A program made the position numbers and the translations under genes. This document shows positions 58,263 through 64,000 of a DNA stretch of 64,000 nt, piece by piece. Every line of letters starts with the position of its first letter. The first letter of the stretch is position 1. This DNA is from Patescibacteria group bacterium (lineage in GTDB: Bacteria > Patescibacteriota > Minisyncoccia > JAHIHE01 > JAGLIN01). Location: assembly GCA_041670805.1 (NCBI GenBank), contig JBAXYM010000003.1, positions 16,406 to 80,405 on the forward strand. The letters run 5' to 3'. The notes beneath the pieces are model-generated. The model was not told the origin of the DNA. It worked only from the letters and a program-made list of their open reading frames with translations, and searched no databases.

Positions 58263-58319
58263 AAGGTAAAATCAATATGTATTTGTCATTCCGGAATTTC
58301 GGTACTCCGATTTTACGAG

Positions 58320-58440
58320 GCATTTTGACTTATGAATTTTCGGATCACACCAGAAATGGTGTGAACCAAGCAGGACAGAACGTTTTTGCGTAATATTTCG
58401 CACCATTTCCGGTGTGGTCCGGATGCAAAGTTGGATTTCC
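58320..58440. repeat. IRE copy
   Basis: ttcggatcacaccagaaatggtgtgaaccaagcaggacagaacgtttttgcgtaatatttcgcaccatttccggtgtggtccggatgcaaag. Confidence 0.7.
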
Positions 58441-58445
58441 GATTT

Positions 58446-60881
58446 CTATTTCCTAACGAGCGCCAGCGCGTAAATCATATCCTTGCTTAATTTTTCCGAT
58501 ACGCTGTTGTCTGCTTGCACTTTTTCCGTTTTCCAGACCGCTTTTAATTGTTCGGGAAGCTTGATGCTTGCTTTGAAATCGCTACCGACGGATCCCGATT
58601 GTTTTTGGATGATGGCGCTGTAGGCATCCACTTCTTGGTCGGACGATTTGAAGTCTATTTTAAAAGGCAGTTCGTATTTATAGACGACAGTTACTTCTTC
58701 TTGCGGACTGACGTAAACCCAATTGCCGAAGACCGTTTTGCCTGCTTCCTCAAAAACCTGTGTCCCTGATACGGAGTCAACTTTGATTGTTTTTTCGGCA
58801 GCCTCCACGTCAGCGTCGGTCTTGAAGTTGGCGTAGTCTATAGGGGGATTATATTCTTCCACGGTGTTGCCGGACGCTTCCAAAAGAATGCTCCCCTTCG
58901 GCACATAGACGCGCATATAATCGGCATTTACGCGATTGTACCAGTCGTATTCTTCGTTTCCGCCCAAGTGCTTGCGCTTTATGGTGACCGTGTTTACGAC
59001 TCTGCCGTCTTTTTGAATCTCGGTCTCCAGATTGATTTTTTCTTCGATGACCGCATCCGTTTTGTAGCCGTTGATGTTTGAATTGATTATGGAAAGATAG
59101 TCGCCTTTTTCATTTTGGATGACCTCTCCGCCCCAGCCTCGTTTCTTAATCATGCTTTCAATCGTTGCGTCGCGATGATATATGAGGATATGTTTTTCCT
59201 GGAGAGATTCTTCGCCGATTCGGACAATTTCCAATAATCTCGCAATTCCGTCTTTTGAATCGTTAGCATCGGACCGGAGGATTTTTTCAAGCAAGACAGG
59301 CGCCAAATCCGCCAAGATTTGCTTGGGGCGATTTTCTTTTTGGTCGTAGAGATTTTCCACTTGATCTTGAGTTTCGGCGACGAAATTATCCGCCGTTATG
59401 GTAATATTGTACGCCGGCATTTCAATAGGACCCGTGATGGCGAGGAGTTTTTTTACCGTTTCCGGAGTGATGGCAATCACGCCGTCCACGGTAGCGCCGC
59501 CGGTTTTTTCATATAAGAGAGCGATCTTTTTTGCGCTGGTCGGAAAATCCGCAAACCAGTTGGCGTCGTGCATGCTCCAACTGGAGCTGATTTTTTGGAC
59601 AGGCATCGGCGGCACAATTTTTTCCTGAAGCTGTCCGTCGGGATTGTAGATGCCATCAATGCTCAGGTTTTTGATCTTGCCATTTTCAATATCCAGAATG
59701 CCGTAGCTGCCGATAAATCCTCCAGTGGCGCGCATCTCGCTGTTGTTCTCAAAAAGCAGGAGATATTTTTGCGGCTGCTCGCTGCCCAGCATCTTGGAGA
59801 TGAGCGGATAGTCTTCGGCGAGCTTTTGGAAATTGGACGAGACGGGTGGCAGCGTGTTTTTTGCCAGCTCGATTTTTTCCCGCATATTCTGTGGAATATA
59901 TTTGACATCCACTTTGTCGAGGTTGTCGCTGGCGCTCTCGAGGTGCTCCGAAGCGCTTTTTATATTTTCCTCCAGCCCGCTTATTTTTTCCAGCAGTGTC
60001 TTGCTGTCGCTTTCGGAAGAGACTTTTTCCAGCATAGCGCTGAAGTCTTTTCCTGCCAGTGAAATATTTTCTCCCGCGGTGGTGAGATTTTGGGCGGTGG
60101 AAAGCGGGGTGTCGATGGGAAGCTCGGCGATGGTTTCTCCGATGCCCAGCCCGATGCCGTCAACCGTCTCGCGGGCTTTGGCGAAATTCAGATTCGCCGA
60201 CGCAAAATTTTCTCCGGTCATAATGAAGTCGGACGCGAGAGCGTAGCGCGCCGCGGATTTCAGGTCGTTATAGGCCGAGGTGCTGTCTCCCAAAACTTTT
60301 CCCTTTCGTTCAAATTGCGACTGCGTGAAAGAGAAAGTAAAAATGATGGCGGGTATCATAAAAGAAGAAACGGCGAAGCGCAGCAAAGATTTTTTGCGAC
60401 AGATGTTCACTCCGGACAATTCAGGCGACGAAAAACGCGCCGTGGATGTCGAAAGCGGCAGCAGCTCGGTTTTTGTTGCAACCAAAAACGCGCCGCGGTT
60501 TTTGCCAAGCCTTTTCTTCTCGGCGGCTCGCAGAAAATTGTGGCTGTTCGGCGCACTCCTCTTCTTTGCAAAAATCGGCGCACTCTCAACGTCCTTTCTG
60601 CCTGCAAAAATTTGGTTTGGCTTTTCGGCGAAAACCTCTCGTGTTTCTTCCGGGGTAAATACTTCCCGCTCCGACATTTTTTCTTCCCGGTAAAATCTTT
60701 CGTCTTGCGGTCTTACGTCAAAATATTTTTTTCCGCCGGGAACCACCTGAAAGACCTTCTTTTCTTTCGGCGCGCGAGAAGTCCGAACCGATCGCTCGTC
60801 TTTTGCCAAAGCGCGCAGGTCTACCACTCCTCTTGCTCCGGAGCCTTGCAGCTGATTTTTCTTCTTGTTATCAATATCCAT
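58446..60881 (-). CDS. Large membrane-anchored extracytoplasmic hypothetical protein
   Basis: 811 aa; basic N-terminal region, single TM LLRFAVSSFMIPAIIFTFSF, then ~630 aa hydrophilic domain. Confidence 0.4.
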   Translation of the reverse strand: MDIDNKKKNQLQGSGARGVVDLRALAKDERSVRTSRAPKEKKVFQVVPGGKKYFDVRPQDERFYREEKMSEREVFTPEETREVFAEKPNQIFAGRKDVESAPIFAKKRSAPNSHNFLRAAEKKRLGKNRGAFLVATKTELLPLSTSTARFSSPELSGVNICRKKSLLRFAVSSFMIPAIIFTFSFTQSQFERKGKVLGDSTSAYNDLKSAARYALASDFIMTGENFASANLNFAKARETVDGIGLGIGETIAELPIDTPLSTAQNLTTAGENISLAGKDFSAMLEKVSSESDSKTLLEKISGLEENIKSASEHLESASDNLDKVDVKYIPQNMREKIELAKNTLPPVSSNFQKLAEDYPLISKMLGSEQPQKYLLLFENNSEMRATGGFIGSYGILDIENGKIKNLSIDGIYNPDGQLQEKIVPPMPVQKISSSWSMHDANWFADFPTSAKKIALLYEKTGGATVDGVIAITPETVKKLLAITGPIEMPAYNITITADNFVAETQDQVENLYDQKENRPKQILADLAPVLLEKILRSDANDSKDGIARLLEIVRIGEESLQEKHILIYHRDATIESMIKKRGWGGEVIQNEKGDYLSIINSNINGYKTDAVIEEKINLETEIQKDGRVVNTVTIKRKHLGGNEEYDWYNRVNADYMRVYVPKGSILLEASGNTVEEYNPPIDYANFKTDADVEAAEKTIKVDSVSGTQVFEEAGKTVFGNWVYVSPQEEVTVVYKYELPFKIDFKSSDQEVDAYSAIIQKQSGSVGSDFKASIKLPEQLKAVWKTEKVQADNSVSEKLSKDMIYALALVRK

Positions 60882-60895
60882 TTTGCGTATGCTTT

Positions 60896-62146
60896 TTATA
60901 TTTTTTCATATAGCTCAAGAGTCTCCCTTCCCATCTTGTTCCATTCGTATTTTTTGATTTGTGCGAATCCGTTGCTCTTGAGTTCATTATACAGTTTTTT
61001 ATCGCTAAAAACCAGATGTATCTTTTCTGCCATATCTTTGGGGTTTTGCGGATCAAAATATATCGCGCCGTTTCCCAGTATTTCCGGCAAACTGGTGCGG
61101 TCGGAGGAGATGACAGGTGTGCCGCAGCTCATCGCTTCCAGCCCGATAAGTCCGAATCCTTCATAAAAAGACGGAATGATAAACGCGGCGGCGGCGTTAT
61201 AAAAAACGGGAAGCTCCTCTTGGCTGATGAAGCCGACAGGAATGACGTCTTGTTGCAGTCCGAGTTTTTCCCAAGCCTCGCGCACCTCCGGATAAAACGG
61301 GTCTTCTTTGCCTCCCAGCACCAAGCTGATGTCAAGGCGATATTTTTCTTTGGCGATTTTGAATGCTTCAATAAGCCCTACCAGATTTTTGTGGTTGCGC
61401 CAAACACCGGTGTAGAAAAGGAAAGGTTTTTTGAGCGCGTATTTTTTTCTCAGATTTTCCACGAGACTGCGGTCTTCAAGCGGGCGGAATTGTGCGTCCG
61501 CGCCTTCGTAGATCACTTGTATTTTTTTGTCTTTGACTTTGAAATATTTGACGATGTCGTTCTTGGTCGAGTTGGAAACGGCGATGATTTTTCGAGCCTT
61601 TTTGACGGAAAAATAAAAAACCAATCGGAAGCCCAAACGGCGCAAGGGCGATTTCATTTTGTGTCCGGGGAAGAAAAACGGCGTCACATCGTGGATGGTG
61701 GTGACGGATTTGCGAAGATACAAAATGGGAGAATTGAAATGCGTGAAATGCATCAGGTCGAGATTTTCTTTATAGAGCGTGAAAGGAAAAATAATTTGTT
61801 CTCTCCAACCGTACCATTTGCAGGAAGTTTTTACCTTGCGCACCCTCTCGTTCGGAATCGGAAAACTATCGAATTCTTCCGGCATCAAGAAAATAACGTA
61901 ATTGTTCACGCGGTCGTTTTCAAAAACATACTCAAGTAAGTGGCGGATGTAGTTGCCTATCCCCGTCTGGGCATAGCCGAACATCCGCGCATCAATGCCG
62001 ATGGTTTTGGGTTTTTGATTTTGCATAAAATTAGGAGTTACGGGGTTGGATTTTCGGATTGTGAATTTCCGGATTTCGGATTCCGGATTCCGGATCACAT
62101 CAGAAATGATGTGAACCACGCGGGACAAAACGTTCTCGCGAGACAT
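60896..62146 (-). CDS. GT4-family glycosyltransferase
   Basis: C-terminal EGFGLIGLEAMSCGTPVISSDRTSLPEI; the first ~40 codons of the ORF translate an IRE repeat (NVLSRVVHIISDVIRN), so the true start is probably the Met at ~62026 (MQNQKPKTIGIDARMF). Confidence 0.7.
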   Translation of the reverse strand: MSRENVLSRVVHIISDVIRNPESEIRKFTIRKSNPVTPNFMQNQKPKTIGIDARMFGYAQTGIGNYIRHLLEYVFENDRVNNYVIFLMPEEFDSFPIPNERVRKVKTSCKWYGWREQIIFPFTLYKENLDLMHFTHFNSPILYLRKSVTTIHDVTPFFFPGHKMKSPLRRLGFRLVFYFSVKKARKIIAVSNSTKNDIVKYFKVKDKKIQVIYEGADAQFRPLEDRSLVENLRKKYALKKPFLFYTGVWRNHKNLVGLIEAFKIAKEKYRLDISLVLGGKEDPFYPEVREAWEKLGLQQDVIPVGFISQEELPVFYNAAAAFIIPSFYEGFGLIGLEAMSCGTPVISSDRTSLPEILGNGAIYFDPQNPKDMAEKIHLVFSDKKLYNELKSNGFAQIKKYEWNKMGRETLELYEKI

Positions 62147-62350
62147 TTTTCACTATCTCTGGTGTGATCCGAATGCAAAAATGCATTTATGAATTTCGGA
62201 TTTTTGTATTATGGATTTTGAATTTATGAATTTCCGGATTCCGGATCACATCAGAAATGATGTGAACCACGCGAGATAGAACGTTTTTACGCAGCATTTC
62301 ACACCATTTCCGGTGTGATCCGAATGCAGTCAGGATGCAGTCGGAAATGC
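62040..62350. repeat. Two tandem IRE units between the two glycosyltransferase genes
   Basis: Units at ~62085-62175 and ~62240-62330 with flanking ttcggattccggattccggat and tatggattttgaatttatgaa motifs as at 7.1-7.4 kb. Confidence 0.7.
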
Positions 62351-62370
62351 AGTCTGAATGTACACTGCAT

Positions 62371-63531
62371 TTATTTCTCAATAAACCCCAGCGTCTCCTC
62401 GGCGCATTTGTTCCAGTCGAAAAGTTTTGCTCTCGCGCGTCCCCGGGCGGAGAGAAGATTGGCGAGCTTGGGATCGCTTAGTACTTCCTTTATAGCTTTG
62501 TAAAGTTCATCGGGATTCGCAGGACTGACGATCACGGCCGCGTCTCCCACCGCTTCCGGGATGGAAGAAATATTGGAAGTGATAACCGGCGCGCCTTGTG
62601 CCATCGCTTCAAGCGGCGGGAAACCGAAGCCTTCGTAGAAAGACGGATAGACAAAAAGTTTTGCCATACGGTAAAGGGCGGGTTTGAATTCGTCCTCCAC
62701 AAAACCGGTGAAAACGATGTCGCCACGCGCGGAAAATTTTTGCGCGGTCGTAAAAATGTCATCGTAGAGCCATCCTTTGGCGCCGGCGATTACCAGCTTA
62801 AGTCCGGAATTTTTGAAAGGCGCTTCTTGTTTCAGCCTGTCAAAAGCCTTGAGCAAACTCACGACATTTTTGCGCGGCTCCAGCGTACCGAGATAGAGGA
62901 TATAATCGTCGGGCAGATCATATTTTTTCCTTGCATAATTTTCCTCTTGCGACGAAATTTCTTTTTTAACTTTCTCGCTCAATCCCGAATATATGACTTT
63001 GATTTTTTCCGGCGCAATCCCATAAATTTCCACAAGGTCTTGCTTGGTGGATTCGGAGACTGTGATGATCTTGTCGGCGCGCTTTGCTTGTCGGCGCGGG
63101 TTCATCGAGAAGTGCCAGAAATTTTTCTGCGAAGAATAAAACTCGGGATATTTCTCGAAACTGAGGTCATGAAAAGTCACTGTTTTTTCGCAGCGGTTGC
63201 TGACGGAAGAAAGAAAAATGTGCGGCGAGAAAAACTTGTCTACGCCGCCCAAGAGTTTGTCCGCTTTGGGAAAATCAAGCAAGCGGAGAGTTCCGTCCAA
63301 GACGCGGTTGGGAATATGGAATTCCATAAGCTCGACATTGGGGAGCGCAAGCCAGTCGAAGTCCAATTTTTCTTTTTTCCAGCCATTGTAAAAAAGTTTG
63401 AAATGGACGTTTTTATCCAGCGGCAGCATATGCTTCAAAAGTTCGGAAGTATATTCTTCGATGCCTGTTTTGTTCGCGCGCGCGAGCATCCGGATGTCGA
63501 TGCCGATGGTTATACTCATAGCTTCAGGCAA
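62371..63531 (-). CDS. GT4-family glycosyltransferase
   Basis: 386 aa; [31 protein letters not shown]. Confidence 0.75.
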   Translation of the reverse strand: MPEAMSITIGIDIRMLARANKTGIEEYTSELLKHMLPLDKNVHFKLFYNGWKKEKLDFDWLALPNVELMEFHIPNRVLDGTLRLLDFPKADKLLGGVDKFFSPHIFLSSVSNRCEKTVTFHDLSFEKYPEFYSSQKNFWHFSMNPRRQAKRADKIITVSESTKQDLVEIYGIAPEKIKVIYSGLSEKVKKEISSQEENYARKKYDLPDDYILYLGTLEPRKNVVSLLKAFDRLKQEAPFKNSGLKLVIAGAKGWLYDDIFTTAQKFSARGDIVFTGFVEDEFKPALYRMAKLFVYPSFYEGFGFPPLEAMAQGAPVITSNISSIPEAVGDAAVIVSPANPDELYKAIKEVLSDPKLANLLSARGRARAKLFDWNKCAEETLGFIEK

Positions 63532-64000
63532 AATATTTTTTTAAAAAGGCGGCGAAAACGCCGAGAAAAGCTCCCGACAAAAGCCCGACCAAGAGATTTG
63601 TCGTCGCGTCGGGTTTGTCTTCGATGACGATCGGACGGTTATTCTCGACCGAAAAGGCGATTTCATTTTGACTCCGGTCGCCGGATTGCTTCAACTGTTC
63701 GTTGACGGTTTGGGTAAGGGCCGCGGCCAGTTTTTCCGCGTCTTGCCGGTTTGCGGTTCGGAAGCTGACTTCGACATAGGAGTTGGACATTTTTTTGGCG
63801 GTAAATTCTTTCTTGTAGCTTTTGATGTTTTTAAAATCCGAGTTCACTCCCGACGCGCTGTAAATCTCCTCGACCACCTGCGGGCTTTGCAGCATTTTTT
63901 CCACGTTGTCCGCCACGATCTCCCCCGATTGCAAAGCGTAGTAGCCGTCATATTTGAATTCGTCGGTGGTTTGCGCGCCGTTTTTGGCGATAAAAAGCGA
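63524..64000 (-). CDS. Partial gene (C-terminal part in window): Wzz/chain-length-determinant-like protein ending in a TM helix
   Basis: C-terminal [23 protein letters not shown] after a hydrophilic domain; the ORF continues past the window edge. Confidence 0.35.
   Translation of the reverse strand, partial: SLFIAKNGAQTTDEFKYDGYYALQSGEIVADNVEKMLQSPQVVEEIYSASGVNSDFKNIKSYKKEFTAKKMSNSYVEVSFRTANRQDAEKLAAALTQTVNEQLKQSGDRSQNEIAFSVENNRPIVIEDKPDATTNLLVGLLSGAFLGVFAAFLKKYFA

Overview
This 64-kb window looks like a small-genome, CPR/Patescibacteria-like bacterium; that taxonomic call is an inference from gene content. Core (housekeeping) genes sit at both ends. The left end holds a T4SS-like pilus cluster with a VirB4-type ATPase, a PrgI-like membrane protein and a pilin-like protein with a large Cys-rich ectodomain. 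The right end holds tRNA-Ser(CGA), a giant E/K-rich coiled-coil membrane protein, pnp, a NYN protein, rpsO, xerC/D, tRNA-Leu(TAG), four tandem VirB2/TrbC-like pilin paralogues, a large exported protein and two GT4 glycosyltransferases. Between ~7.5 and ~47.9 kb lies a visibly more A+T-rich accessory region. It reads as two tandem, related ~20-kb integrated elements at the 3' end of tRNA-Ser. Each element is bounded on the left by a ~126-bp repeat and on the right by a ~54-bp repeat that contains the last 6 nt of the tRNA plus its downstream flank. Older tRNA-3' fragments lie further left, around 7.0-7.5 kb. Each element carries a paralogous large serine recombinase with a conserved ~120-bp leader. 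Each also carries a collinear module of ParB-nuclease::MTase fusion, a second MTase and a TerS-like HTH protein; island A additionally has a TerL-like terminase. The defence-type cargo differs between them. Island A carries a PP-loop ATPase with two DUF523/TudS-like Fe-S proteins, a membrane-anchored KAP NTPase next to a type III Mod/Res pair, and a PD-(D/E)xK-like protein paired with an SF1 helicase. Island B carries a Zn-ribbon protein, an RloC-like ABC ATPase with a CxxC zinc hook, a 1396-aa Upf1-like helicase with a C-terminal Vsr/DUF559 nuclease, a SEC-C protein, and a LexA-like repressor divergent from a tightly coupled operon (Ubl-like beta-grasp protein, E2-like::E1 ThiF fusion, small Zn-cluster protein). 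A ~100-nt inverted-repeat element recurs at least 7 times in intergenic DNA, with compensatory base changes that preserve hairpins. No CRISPR array, rRNA or transposase was found.
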